Source: Bacillota bacterium (GTDB lineage: Bacteria > Bacillota > Limnochordia > Darwinibacteriales > JAAYFS01). From it: 64,000 nucleotides of DNA. Below, piece after piece: positions 1 to 9,145 of the stretch. A program made the translations under genes and the position numbers. Positions within the stretch are counted from its first letter, which is position 1. Each line of letters opens with the position of its first letter. The DNA lies in the NCBI GenBank assembly GCA_012728115.1, contig JAAYFS010000014.1, positions 2,279 to 66,278 on the forward strand, in the 5' to 3' direction. Under the pieces are notes generated by a model, which saw nothing but the letters and a program-made list of their open reading frames with translations, was not told where the DNA came from and searched no databases.

Positions 1-140
1 TCCTTCACATTCCTGGGTGGTACTTTATGGGTATTTTGTCGCATTTTCTTAATAATCTATTCTAATCCTGCTTGCTATTGTAACATGGATAATAAGACTT
101 TTTATGGGTTAGGAATAGTTTAACTCTGGTGCTTCTTATG

Positions 141-180
141 AAGGCTGGGCATATTTCAAGAAAATCCCAGCCTTTTTGTT
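141..180 (+). terminator. Probable intrinsic terminator
   Basis: AAGGCTGGG (141-149) pairs with CCCAGCCTT (166-174), followed by a T-rich tract. Confidence 0.6.
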
Positions 181-384
181 TTCAAAACTGACGAATGATG
201 CAAGCTCTAAGTTATGGTTTAAAGCCAGAAGATCTTACGTTTGTAAATGAATCACTAGTAATTTTCAGCGGAAGTTGAAGGATTTCTGATGAGGTTTGAT
301 GGAATGTAATATAATGTATAATACGCGTTGGGTTGGTTCAAAATCAATGGAGAATTCTCCTCTTTGAGAGTAAGGAGTATTGTG

Positions 385-816
385 ATGGAGAAAAGAGTAA
401 TTAAGAGTCGGATTGAGCAGGTTCTAGCTTCACAAGAAAATGTTAAGTTCGCTTATCTCTTTGGTTCACAGGCTAAATGTACCGCTGGAGTATTAAGCGA
501 TATTGATATAGCCGTCGTTTATAACGAAACAAATTGCGTTAAAGATAACAGTTACGGGTTCGAATCTGATTTAGTGGTTGAGCTTGAGAAAGCCCTTGAA
601 GCGAACCGAGTTGATCTAGTGGTTTTGAACAATGCTCCAATTTTTTTACGTTACTAGGTTTTAAATGGTGGGGAATTAGTGTATTGTCGTTCAGAAAAAG
701 AAAGAATCAAGTTTCACGAAGAAACGATGAGGTTATATTTAGATTCTCTACCTTTTCTTAAAGTACAGAACCAATATGTAAAAAAACGGATAGACGAATG
801 TACTTTTGGGAGGTGA
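385..816 (+). pseudogene. MNT-type minimal nucleotidyltransferase (antitoxin of MNT-HEPN pair), interrupted by in-frame TAG
   Basis: AAGGAG RBS before GTG/ATG 382/385; AYLFGS...SDIDIAV motif; frame continues after TAG 655-657 as VLNGGELVYCRSEKERIKFHEETMRLYLD...TFGR to TGA 814-816, the typical MNT C-terminus. Confidence 0.85.
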
Positions 817-823
817 ACCATTG

Positions 824-1239
824 ATGGATATTATGCTTATTATGGAAAAGTTAAAGTAACTTGACAGATATTTAAAACAATTAGAACGATACAAGGAGAT
901 TTCTGTAACAGAACTTGAGGTGAATCTTGAAAAAACTGGGTGGTGGAGAGAGGACTTCATTTATTTATCCAAATCTCATTAAATATAGGAAATCATATTT
1001 TGGCTTCAGAAGGCATATCTGTACAAACATACTTGGATATATTTATCAGATTAGCCGAAATAGGAGTTCTTCCCACTGATTTTGCTGAAAGGATACGAAG
1101 GATAGCGGGATTTCGTAACATTCTTGTTTATGAATATGCGAGAACTGACTTGACTCAATTAGTGGATGTTCTTAACACTAGTTTATCTGATTTCAGAGAA
1201 TATGCTAGATACGTTGTGGACTATATTGATGGGAAATGA
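824..1239 (+). pseudogene. HEPN/DUF86 toxin (HepT-like), inactivated
   Basis: GGAGGTG RBS then ATG 824; in-frame TAA 857-859; 1-nt frameshift near 936-940 joining ...NLEKT to VVERGLH; RNase motif reads GFRNILVY instead of RNxLVH. Confidence 0.85.
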
Positions 1240-1304
1240 TCTACTTGATTGCTAGATACGTTGTGGACTATATTGATGGGAAATGATCTACTTGATTGCT
1301 AGAT
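1203..1304. repeat. 47-bp tandem duplication with 8-bp microhomology
   Basis: Units 1203-1249 and 1250-1296 are identical; TGCTAGAT recurs at 1203, 1250 and 1297. Confidence 0.95.
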
Positions 1305-1352
1305 TCGATGCTTTTAACTGAATCGGTGATTCTTATAGAAAGAAGGATGGTT

Positions 1353-1514
1353 ATGAGGAAGAAAATATCGCCTCTGTTGAGTATAGGACTAATTATATAG
1401 CTAGTTCTTCAGGTAATTGAAAGATTTGTTACGCCCTTGCCCAACTGGGTTGCAATATCTTTACTAATTGTTGCCAGTGGTTTGATTATCGCAGGGGGGT
1501 TGAGATCTGAGTAG
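1353..1514 (+). pseudogene. Small two-helix membrane protein with in-frame TAG
   Basis: MRKKISPLLSIGLII*LVLQVIERFVTPLPNWVAISLLIVASGLIIAGGLRSE*; TAG at 1398-1400 inside the first hydrophobic helix; AGAAGGA upstream. Confidence 0.55.
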
Positions 1515-1779
1515 ACCTCTTTCTTAATATATAGATCTTCATGTTGCTTTTTGATCCATAATCAATTCAGTAGGATAAATTTAGTAATAGAGATTTTTAG
1601 ACTAGCCAGTTAAGGAAAGAATGATTCAAAGTGAATATAAATAACTGTGGTTCACTTAACCTGATCAGTTATCTGAACTGCAGTTTTTTTGTGCTCAACA
1701 TTGTTTGTGCATATATTGTTTTTTTACAGCCATAGTGCTAGAATTATGCTTTGTAATGATTTTTGTGGAGTGATCTAAT

Positions 1780-2961
1780 GTGCATAATGACACAACTGAA
1801 CATCTAAGCGAACCAATTGTTATCTATCAGAAAAGACCTGGTTGGTTAGAGACTGGACTGAGTTGGCTATTTTACACTGCCAAAAAACAATTAGTCCTAA
1901 CAATTGCGATCATCGCCATGCTAATTACCTGCATCTTTGTACCTGTGGATAGAAGCTATTTAGGTTATTTTAATTGGCCTACTTTAGCAACACTCTATTG
2001 TACTTTAGCGGTAGTGGAAGCTCTATCCCACATCCATGTCTTTGAGATTATCAGTAAAAGTATTGTTTTAAAGCTCCGCAACTTGCGCAATGCGACTTTG
2101 GGATTGGTGTTTATAACCTTTATTGGCTCTATGTTCCTCGCTAATGATATGGCGTTACTCACTTTTTTACCTCTTGGTTACTTTGTATTGGCTATCACAG
2201 ATAATAAAGAAGCCATGGCATTTACTTTTATTATGCAAAATATAGCTGCTAATTTGGGAGGAATGGTAACACCGTTTGGGAATCCCCAAAATCTTTATCT
2301 CTATGCTTATTACAGTATTGATACTGTGGAATTCATGAAAATAATGTTTCCAAGTTTTCTGGTGTCAATCCTTTTAATTATTGGTATCTGCTGTTTTGTA
2401 AAGCCAATACCTCTCGTACTAAAAGTAGATAACCATTACACCTTAGATCTAAAACTTACATCAATATACAGCATCCTTTTTGTTGCTAGCATTCTCATCG
2501 TATTTCGCATTATCCCTTATCTCCTTGGAACAGTCGTGATTACTTTGGTCTTATTTATCCTAGATAGGAAAGCATTAAAGGAAGTAAACTACCCACTGCT
2601 AGCTACCTTCGCGGCAATTTTTGTATTTAGTGGTAATATGTCAAGGATACCTGCGGTAAATGCGTTCTTTTCTAAGGCTTTACCCATGAACACTTTGCTA
2701 ATGGGAATCTTATCGTGTCAGTTTATTAGTAATGTACCAAGCGCTGTTTTGTTATCTCACTTCACAGATAATTATCATGCGCTTCTACCAGCTGTAAATA
2801 TCGGTGGGTGTGGTACTTTGATTGCATCTTTAGCTAGTCTGATTACCTTTAGTGAATACAAGAAACATAATCCAAACAAGGTTAAATCATACCTAATTAA
2901 GTTTACGATCATAAACTTTTTGTTTGTAATTGTACTTTATCTGCTTGAAACTTTGATTTAG
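1780..2961 (+). CDS. SLC13/CitMHS/ArsB-NhaD family ion or carboxylate transporter
   Basis: Polytopic hydrophobic ORF with LANDMALLTF, ANLGGMVTPFGNPQNLYL and ISNVPSAVLL motifs. Confidence 0.85.
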   Translation: MHNDTTEHLSEPIVIYQKRPGWLETGLSWLFYTAKKQLVLTIAIIAMLITCIFVPVDRSYLGYFNWPTLATLYCTLAVVEALSHIHVFEIISKSIVLKLRNLRNATLGLVFITFIGSMFLANDMALLTFLPLGYFVLAITDNKEAMAFTFIMQNIAANLGGMVTPFGNPQNLYLYAYYSIDTVEFMKIMFPSFLVSILLIIGICCFVKPIPLVLKVDNHYTLDLKLTSIYSILFVASILIVFRIIPYLLGTVVITLVLFILDRKALKEVNYPLLATFAAIFVFSGNMSRIPAVNAFFSKALPMNTLLMGILSCQFISNVPSAVLLSHFTDNYHALLPAVNIGGCGTLIASLASLITFSEYKKHNPNKVKSYLIKFTIINFLFVIVLYLLETLI

Positions 2962-3025
2962 ACTGTAAAATAAGGGCTTATTTGTGAGAAAAAAAGATAA
3001 AAACGAGAAAGCACTCCGCTTAAGG

Positions 3026-3083
3026 TGCTCCCATGTGATAGACAGTTAAATTACAAAAACTGTTTATCATTGGGAGCATTTTT
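3026..3083 (+). terminator. Long imperfect hairpin with T-tract, probable terminator of the transporter gene
   Basis: TGCTCCCA-TGTGATAGACAGTT pairs with AACTGTTTATCATTGGGAGCA, then TTTTT. Confidence 0.6.
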
Positions 3084-3246
3084 AATTGTTATAACACATC
3101 GCCTTTCAAATGTTGTCAATTGCGATAGGATTGTGTATCTAGATTCTGGACGGATATGTGAGCAAGGAACTCATAAAGAGCTATTAAGGATCGGAGGGAA
3201 ATATGCTAAGTTATTCTCAATACAAGCTGAAAAATATGTTTCGTAA
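3082..3246 (+). pseudogene. 3' remnant of an ABC exporter ATPase domain
   Basis: LIVITHRLSNVVNCDRIVYLDSGRICEQGTHKELL...GGKYAKLF: H-loop and C-terminus only; Walker A/B and signature absent. Confidence 0.8.
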
Positions 3247-3315
3247 GTAAGCGGTAAATGTGGAGGCGGAACATCATCTGCCTGTTCCAATATGGTTAAT
3301 TTCCTAGCTAACGGA

Positions 3316-3443
3316 GACCTGTTTTTCCAGTTATAGTACACACTCTGGGACACTTCTAATATAGCGTACATTGTCGCCGCAGAATGCCTGAAGGCGTGAG
3401 CTCTGAACTTTTGTTTGTTTTGCTCAACGTTAACACTTCGCAT
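3316..3443 (-). pseudogene. Tyrosine recombinase fragment fused to an IS3-OrfB-like fragment
   Basis: FRAHAFRHSAATMY resembles the H-x-x-R-H box; followed directly by LEVSQSVYYNWKNR, resembling the IS3 OrfB N-terminal VSRSGYYxW motif. Confidence 0.5.
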
Positions 3444-3683
3444 GATTAGATCATACGATTACGGTCTGGTATCCGCCAAAGTGAGCATGACTCAAGTTTT
3501 CATATTTTAAGTCAAAATATTTGAGTTTTGAATTAAAAATTGCAACTCAAACATAGAGGAATGGACTTCTCTAGCGAAAACAAGAAGCCTTATTAAAGTG
3601 GAATGTAGCTATTAACGAGATACGAAGACCTTGGTTGAACAACGTGTTGAAGCTGATGATGGATGAAAATCAGAGGTGAACAT

Positions 3684-4331
3684 ATGGCCAGAATAGCTGG
3701 TAGTTTGATTAAAGTTGTCTCCAGAACACTTGTACTTATCTGGGCAATCTTTCCATCTATACTTTTAGGCCTTGCAATCCTGGCCATTTTTCTTGGGATT
3801 TGCTCGCCTTTGGAGCTGAATCTGTTTAGATAGCTGATCGATTCTTTAAGCACGAATCACAATGCATCGCTGCCGCTGTTGCTGTTGATCCTGGTGATGT
3901 TCGGTAACCGTATTCTAAGCTATTTCGAGTTGAACCTAAGATTGACATTCGAAGTCAAGCTAAAGCATGCGTTGAGCAACTGAAGTTAAGCGTGTTAGCA
4001 GACATTCATGAAAAATCACAGGAAATACCGCTTGAGTATTATGAAGATTCCTCCTTATACGATCGCATCCACCGTTCAGGTCAAGTTATCGCTAGCAACG
4101 CCTTTACGCGCTTTTTTATGGATGGTGTGGTGGCGTTACTTGGCATAGCCAATGTAGTCAGTGTATCGATCGTTTTGGCGACCTTTAGTCCGTGGTTAAT
4201 CCTATTGTGTTTATTCAGCGTTCTACCCCCATTCGTTGCGAGATTGGTGAGAGGCTCTGACTATTATTATCTGAAAGTATATCAGACTCCGAAAATCAGG
4301 ATCTTGGATTATCTGTGGTCACTACTAGTAT
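3684..4331 (+). pseudogene. 5' part of an ABC exporter permease/ATPase gene, truncated by IS3
   Basis: GAGGTG RBS + ATG 3684; hydrophobic helices; in-frame TAG 3831-3833; frameshift near 3965-3975; LEYYEDSSLYDRIHRS motif; ends at IS left end 4332. Confidence 0.75.
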
Positions 4332-4403
4332 TGACCTGATATACTAAAATTGTAACACCTTGGTATAAAGATTTGCTATACTTATATCAAGGAGCGATGA
4401 ATT

Positions 4404-4691
4404 ATGTCAGCAAAGCCATATGAATCAGAACTAAAGGAAAAGATTTTGCGCCTTCATCTTGAAGAAGGTCGTACACAAAAAAGTTTGACTGAAGAATATG
4501 GTCTCGGTCAAGGAACGATCTCATATTGGTTAAAACAACGCCGCAAAGAATGCCAAACTAATCCCCAATTAAAAGAACAACTAGATATGTATGAGGAAAA
4601 TAAGAGATTACGCAGTGAATTAGCAGAAAAAGAAAAGGAGATTGCATTCCTAAAAAAAGCAGCGGCATTCTTTGCGAAGGAAATCGAGTAG
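4404..4691 (+). CDS. IS3 transposase OrfA (HTH)
   Basis: YESELKEKILRL...EYGLGQGTISYW HTH; ends FLKKAAAFFAKEIE. Confidence 0.92.
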   Translation: MSAKPYESELKEKILRLHLEEGRTQKSLTEEYGLGQGTISYWLKQRRKECQTNPQLKEQLDMYEENKRLRSELAEKEKEIAFLKKAAAFFAKEIE

Positions 4692-5542
4692 TTGTTTACC
4701 AGTTCATTGAAAAAAATAGACATGAATTCGGCCGTCGTTGGCTTTTTGAAAAATTTAATGTCTATCCCAACGGATACTACAATTACCTAAAAAAACGTAA
4801 AAGTTTATACTTTCAAAAGAAAGCGGAAGTACAGCGCAAAATAGTCTCTATTTATCATGGAAGAAATGGGATACCAGGATATAGGATGATGCAAAAGCTT
4901 TTAAGCGCCCATGGATTTGATTATAGTGCAGGTACGATTCATAAATATATGAAAGAATTAAGACTTAGGTCGATTGTTAGAAGGAGAAAGCCACGCTACG
5001 AAAAAGGCAATGCGCATAAAGTTTTTCCAGATCTACTTAATCAAAACTTCCGAACTGACAAGCCAAATCAGATCTGGTGTGTTGATTTTACCTATCTATA
5101 TCTAAAAAGTGGCCGAGTGCGCTATAATTGTACCATCATTGATCTATACGATCGTTCGGTGGTTTCAACCCTAAATGGTGAACATATTACCACAGAGCTG
5201 GCTATACGCACATTACAGACAGCTATTAAAAGACATAAACCAGCGAAGGGATTGATTCTTCATAGCGACCAGGGTAGCCAATTTACTTCCAAAGAATTTG
5301 TACGTTTCTGCCAGACCCATTTTATTCAACAAAGCATGAGCCGAGCAGGCTGTCCATACGATAATGCGCCAATTGAACGTTATTTTAACACATTAAAACA
5401 CGAACTTATCCGTCTATTTGAGTTTAGCAATGCATCTGAGTTAGACAGAGCCATAGCAAACTTTGCTTACGGTTGGTATAATCGAATCCGACCTCATACT
5501 TTTAACGATGGTCTTAGCCCGGCAGCTGCCAGGGTGGCCTGA
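4658..5542 (+). CDS. IS3 transposase OrfB (DDE core), expressed by -1 frameshift at AAAAAAAG 4652-4659
   Basis: -1 frame is open from 4658 through the listed ORF 4886; IWCVDFTYL, HSDQGSQF and DNAPIERYFNTLKHE DDE motifs. Confidence 0.92.
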   Translation, partial: SSGILCEGNRVVVYQFIEKNRHEFGRRWLFEKFNVYPNGYYNYLKKRKSLYFQKKAEVQRKIVSIYHGRNGIPGYRMMQKLLSAHGFDYSAGTIHKYMKELRLRSIVRRRKPRYEKGNAHKVFPDLLNQNFRTDKPNQIWCVDFTYLYLKSGRVRYNCTIIDLYDRSVVSTLNGEHITTELAIRTLQTAIKRHKPAKGLILHSDQGSQFTSKEFVRFCQTHFIQQSMSRAGCPYDNAPIERYFNTLKHELIRLFEFSNASELDRAIANFAYGWYNRIRPHTFNDGLSPAAARVA

Positions 5543-5586
5543 TACTATCAACAGGTGTTACAATTTTGCTTGACCACGTCATGTCT

Positions 5587-6888
5587 CTAACTAATTACTG
5601 TTTCGATCTGACTCTTGTTTTCAACAATAAACTTCAGCATTTGACGATTCTTTTCGGCAAGTTCCCTATAGTTATCATGGCTTCCGAAATATGCAATGCA
5701 GATCATCTGAATGGAACAGATTACATAAAATACTGCCTGCTTTTCTTCTTGCGTTAACCTTCCCTCAGAGTCATAGCCAGTGAGAATACCTTCGAGTATC
5801 TCCAACCATTTTTCGTATGCTTCATCATTGCTTTCGGACAAAATTCCAGTTGCGCAGTAACAGACGTCCCACAACCTAACATTGACTTCGCTTAAGTCGA
5901 AATCAATGAAACCGCTAACTTTGCCGTCAACAAAAAGGATATTGCTTGGATTGGGATCGCGATGAATCAGCTGTTTGGGCAATTTATCGTAGAGTTTTCC
6001 AAACACCTCGATATAGTTGGTAAAGAAACTCTCATCAAGCCCTATGTTCCACTGAATATTTTGGCGCTTAACATTAGGCAGTGCCCAGTCCGTAACATTT
6101 TGGTAAAGATCTACTTCATCGGGAAGAATATCAGCTTGGATAGTCTTAAGAGCTTTGTGGAGTTTTGCTATGCTTTGACCGTACTGCTTGGCAAATTCAA
6201 TCCGAGTAGTGCCGAAAATGTCCGATTTGGCAAGAGGTTCACCCTCAATGCCTTGAGTAAGGATGAAAATATCGTTTCCTTCCAAAGACTTTTCTCCATT
6301 CTTGGTGGGAACTGGTAGTGAAGCATTAAAGCCCTGTGCGTGCAATGCGCTGGATATTTTGATATCTTTAAGCAGTCTTTCTCGACTACCTGTCTTCAGG
6401 AAGAAGTCGTCACCGACTTTCCAAACATTTCCCGATACCTTTGCGCCATTCGTGAGATAGATGTCGCTGATGGGAAGATTCTGCTCTATATCCCAGTTTG
6501 CTAAGATCGTACGTAACTTTCGTTCCGTATACATATTTACCACCTCTGGTTTTGTTGGTTTGTGTTCTCGATAGAGTTTTAAATATTTACGCGGGGAGCA
6601 GCCGTACATTTTGACAAATGCCTTGTAGAACCCAGAGTAAGTAGCAAAGCCATATTCAAGTACTACGTCGATCGCTTTTCGTCCGCTGGCGATTTCTGCA
6701 AGCGCATGATCAAGGCGTCGTTTGAGAATGTAGTTTGCGATTGAAGAACCCATAACAGCTGAGAATAAGCGGTAAAAGTGGTAGGTTGAGTAGTTGCCCA
6801 TCCGAGCCAACTCTTCGGCTGTTATATTTGTTTTCAGGTTCTGCTCGATATATTCCAGTGACGATTTGATCACTTTCGAGTACTGCAT
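5587..6888 (-). CDS. AraC-family HTH fused to an APH/type II homoserine kinase-like phosphotransferase
   Basis: GGAGG RBS + ATG 6888; AraC double HTH (EYIEQNL...YHFYRLF...YGCSPRKY); kinase motifs LIHRDPNPSNIL and FIDFD. Confidence 0.85.
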   Translation of the reverse strand: MQYSKVIKSSLEYIEQNLKTNITAEELARMGNYSTYHFYRLFSAVMGSSIANYILKRRLDHALAEIASGRKAIDVVLEYGFATYSGFYKAFVKMYGCSPRKYLKLYREHKPTKPEVVNMYTERKLRTILANWDIEQNLPISDIYLTNGAKVSGNVWKVGDDFFLKTGSRERLLKDIKISSALHAQGFNASLPVPTKNGEKSLEGNDIFILTQGIEGEPLAKSDIFGTTRIEFAKQYGQSIAKLHKALKTIQADILPDEVDLYQNVTDWALPNVKRQNIQWNIGLDESFFTNYIEVFGKLYDKLPKQLIHRDPNPSNILFVDGKVSGFIDFDLSEVNVRLWDVCYCATGILSESNDEAYEKWLEILEGILTGYDSEGRLTQEEKQAVFYVICSIQMICIAYFGSHDNYRELAEKNRQMLKFIVENKSQIETVIS

Positions 6889-7213
6889 GGCGTCCCTCCT
6901 CCCATATGGTGGTTTCAGTATACACCGAATCCGATATGAAAACATTTCCTTTATTGCTATCATACTAAAGCTGGTGGGGCAAATAAAGCTACAAGTGCTT
7001 ATACTTATGGCTATTCTAAATTCAAAGTTGATTGTGATTACGATATGAGTTCAAGTGATATAGAAAAAAGTCGTGGAAACGGAGCGTGGTAGTATAGAAG
7101 GAATAGGCTTAGAACATTAATGTTCAAAATGCGGTAAGAAGAGTGTTAGGGTAAGGCCTATCCGTTTAAGAATTAGGCAAAAGTAGGATTTAAAATTAAT
7201 CAAAAAATTCCTA

Positions 7214-7242
7214 TTGACAATTCTGAGGAACGTGGGTAGAAT
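7214..7242 (+). promoter_or_regulatory. sigmaA promoter of the trp operon
   Basis: TTGACA-17 bp-TAGAAT. Confidence 0.85.
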
Positions 7243-7269
7243 ATTAGCAATAACATAGAACAAATACTA

Positions 7270-7530
7270 AATTCGATGACAGGAGAGAGTAGGTAAGCTA
7301 CGAAGGTAAAGCGAATCAGGGGTGGTGTGAGCCTGGTCTGGAGTACTTATTGAATGGTTCCTGGAGAAGCACTGCGAAATCATTATTGAGAGTAGCTTTA
7401 AGCCGGATTTCCCACGTTATAGGGATAGGGTATGATGGTACCCGAAAAAGGGAGATAGTGTATCACTATCTAAGATTAGGTGGCAACGCGGAAGATAACT
7501 TTCGTCCTAAGAAGGACGAAAGTTTTTTGT
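7270..7530 (+). ncRNA. Trp T-box riboswitch (complete)
   Basis: AGGAGAGAGTA 5' strand; GAA-TGG Trp specifier at 7355-7357; T-box AGGTGGCAACGCG 7478-7490; terminator AACTTTCGTCC/GGACGAAAGTT + T run. Confidence 0.9.
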
Positions 7531-7544
7531 TTTCTTAGCCATTT

Positions 7545-7632
7545 CTTAGTAGTGATTCAGTACTATCTCATTAGAGTGGCACCGCGGAATGTAAGCATTT
7601 CGTCTCTAGTTTGGAGACGAAATGCTTTTTTT
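7545..7632 (+). ncRNA. Second, partial T-box (antiterminator/terminator without Stem I)
   Basis: AGAGTGGCACCGCG 7573-7586; terminator AAGCATTTCGTCTC/GAGACGAAATGCTT + T run; only about 45 nt from terminator 1. Confidence 0.8.
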
Positions 7633-7660
7633 ATTATCAAAAACGAAAGGAGTTGGCGAG

Positions 7661-9145
7661 TTGATTTATCCGAGTATCGATCAGTTTATTGAATTAAGTC
7701 GAAATGCGAAGTTAGTACCTGTTGCTTTAGAAATGGATGGCGATTTGGAAACCCCGATCAGCTTGTTCATCAAGCTTGGGCAAAACAAAAACAGCTATAT
7801 CTTAGAAAGCGTGGAGGGTGGCCAGCATTGGGCTCGCTACTCCTACATCGGTCGCAATCCATTTCTAATTATTAAAGCAAGTGATAATGTAGTAAGCGTT
7901 TTAAATACCGAAACCAACACGATTACAAACAGACATGGAGATGTTCTAGAGATCATTAAAGAGATTATGCAGGAGTATAGGATTGCTAAACTAGCAAATC
8001 TACCAGATTTTTTTGGTGGGGCGGTCGGGTACTTTGCTTATGATGTAGTTCGAAACTATGAAAAACTAAAAAACTCAAAAGTCGATAATCTCAACATGCC
8101 TGATATCCATTTGCTTCTTACAAATGAAGTTATCGTATATGACCATGTTAAACAAAAAATCATTTTAATTGTTAATGTTCCACCTTCATGTACTCCGAAA
8201 GCCAGTTACCAAAAAGCGATCGAGAGGCTGCAAGAAATCAAAGCTGAGATCTTAACTGCTAAAGACGATGTTCAACGATCAAAAATTGCACCCAGGGACG
8301 GTGAGGTCGCTTGGAGTGCTAGTACAGAGAGTAAGGATAGCTTTATGCAAAAGGTAAGGCAGATTAAATCGCACATTGAAAATGGGGAAGCTTTGCAAGT
8401 TGTTTTATCACAACGACTTTCCTTGCAAACAGAAATAGACCCATTCAATGCTTACCGTGTTCTTCGCTCACTCAATCCTTCACCATACCTTTTTTTCATC
8501 AACTATGGTGAATATCAACTAGTTGGGGCATCTCCTGAATTATTGGTAAAAGTGACAGATGGATTAGTTGAAACATGTCCGATTGCAGGTACTCGTCCTC
8601 GTGGTAAGGATCCTAGTGAGGATCAAGCCTATGTTGAAGATTTGTTGAGTGACGAGAAAGAGTTGGCGGAACATTTGATGCTAGTAGATTTGGGACGAAA
8701 TGATATCGGTAAAGTTTCTGAATTTGGAACGGTTGAAACTAAGAACTTGATGCATGTAGAAAAGTATTCGCATGTGATGCACATCGTCACTAATGTAGTT
8801 GGCAAGCTAAAGAATGGAGCTACAATGTATGATGCTCTGAAGGCGTGCTTGCCTGCCGGTACAGTTTCTGGAGCGCCCAAGGTTCGGGCGATGGAAATTA
8901 TTAACGAATTAGAGACCGAAAAGCGTGGCGTCTATGCGGGTGCAGTGGGTTATCTTGGTTTCAACGGAAACATGGATCTTTGTATCACCATTCGCACCAT
9001 AGTGTTTAAAGAAAAAACAGCGTTTGTTCAAACTGGCGCTGGGATAGTCGCCGATTCCGATCCTGAAACCGAGTATGAAGAAACCTTACGGAAAGCAAGA
9101 GCCCTATTAGAAGCCGTTAGGCAAGCGGAGGAGGAACTGTCATGA
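7661..9145 (+). CDS. trpE: Anthranilate synthase component I
   Basis: AAGGAG RBS + TTG 7661; LESVEGG, LNPSPY, GASPE, PIAGTRPRG, EHLMLVDLGRND, PAGTVSGAPK. Confidence 0.95.
   Translation: MIYPSIDQFIELSRNAKLVPVALEMDGDLETPISLFIKLGQNKNSYILESVEGGQHWARYSYIGRNPFLIIKASDNVVSVLNTETNTITNRHGDVLEIIKEIMQEYRIAKLANLPDFFGGAVGYFAYDVVRNYEKLKNSKVDNLNMPDIHLLLTNEVIVYDHVKQKIILIVNVPPSCTPKASYQKAIERLQEIKAEILTAKDDVQRSKIAPRDGEVAWSASTESKDSFMQKVRQIKSHIENGEALQVVLSQRLSLQTEIDPFNAYRVLRSLNPSPYLFFINYGEYQLVGASPELLVKVTDGLVETCPIAGTRPRGKDPSEDQAYVEDLLSDEKELAEHLMLVDLGRNDIGKVSEFGTVETKNLMHVEKYSHVMHIVTNVVGKLKNGATMYDALKACLPAGTVSGAPKVRAMEIINELETEKRGVYAGAVGYLGFNGNMDLCITIRTIVFKEKTAFVQTGAGIVADSDPETEYEETLRKARALLEAVRQAEEELS

Larger units (their letters stand above)
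4332..5581 (+). mobile_element. IS3-family insertion sequence, 1250 bp
   Basis: TG...CA ends; IRL TGACCTGATATACTAAAATTGTAACACCT vs reverse complement of IRR TGACGTGGTCAAGCAAAATTGTAACACCT; orfA/orfB with slippery A7G. Confidence 0.95.

Noticed and set aside
1-65. Possible 3' end of a CPBP/CAAX protease (LHIPGW...SHFLNNLF*)
   Set aside because: Only 20 codons visible and the motif spacing is too short; cannot be supported
1203-1304. Repeat as a CRISPR array
   Set aside because: Two contiguous identical units without spacers; no cas genes
385-3833. Three in-frame TAG codons (655, 1398, 3831) as pyrrolysine or amber recoding
   Set aside because: The same genes or their partners also carry TAA and frameshifts, TAG ends many housekeeping genes here (trpA, xylA, folT neighbours), and no pyl genes are visible; ordinary decay is simpler
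5962-6460. Antisense ORFs 5962-6318 and 6263-6460, and the many similar short ORFs opposite trp, pyr, xyl, hcp and lacZ genes
   Set aside because: Shadow frames of well-supported genes, with no RBS or motifs
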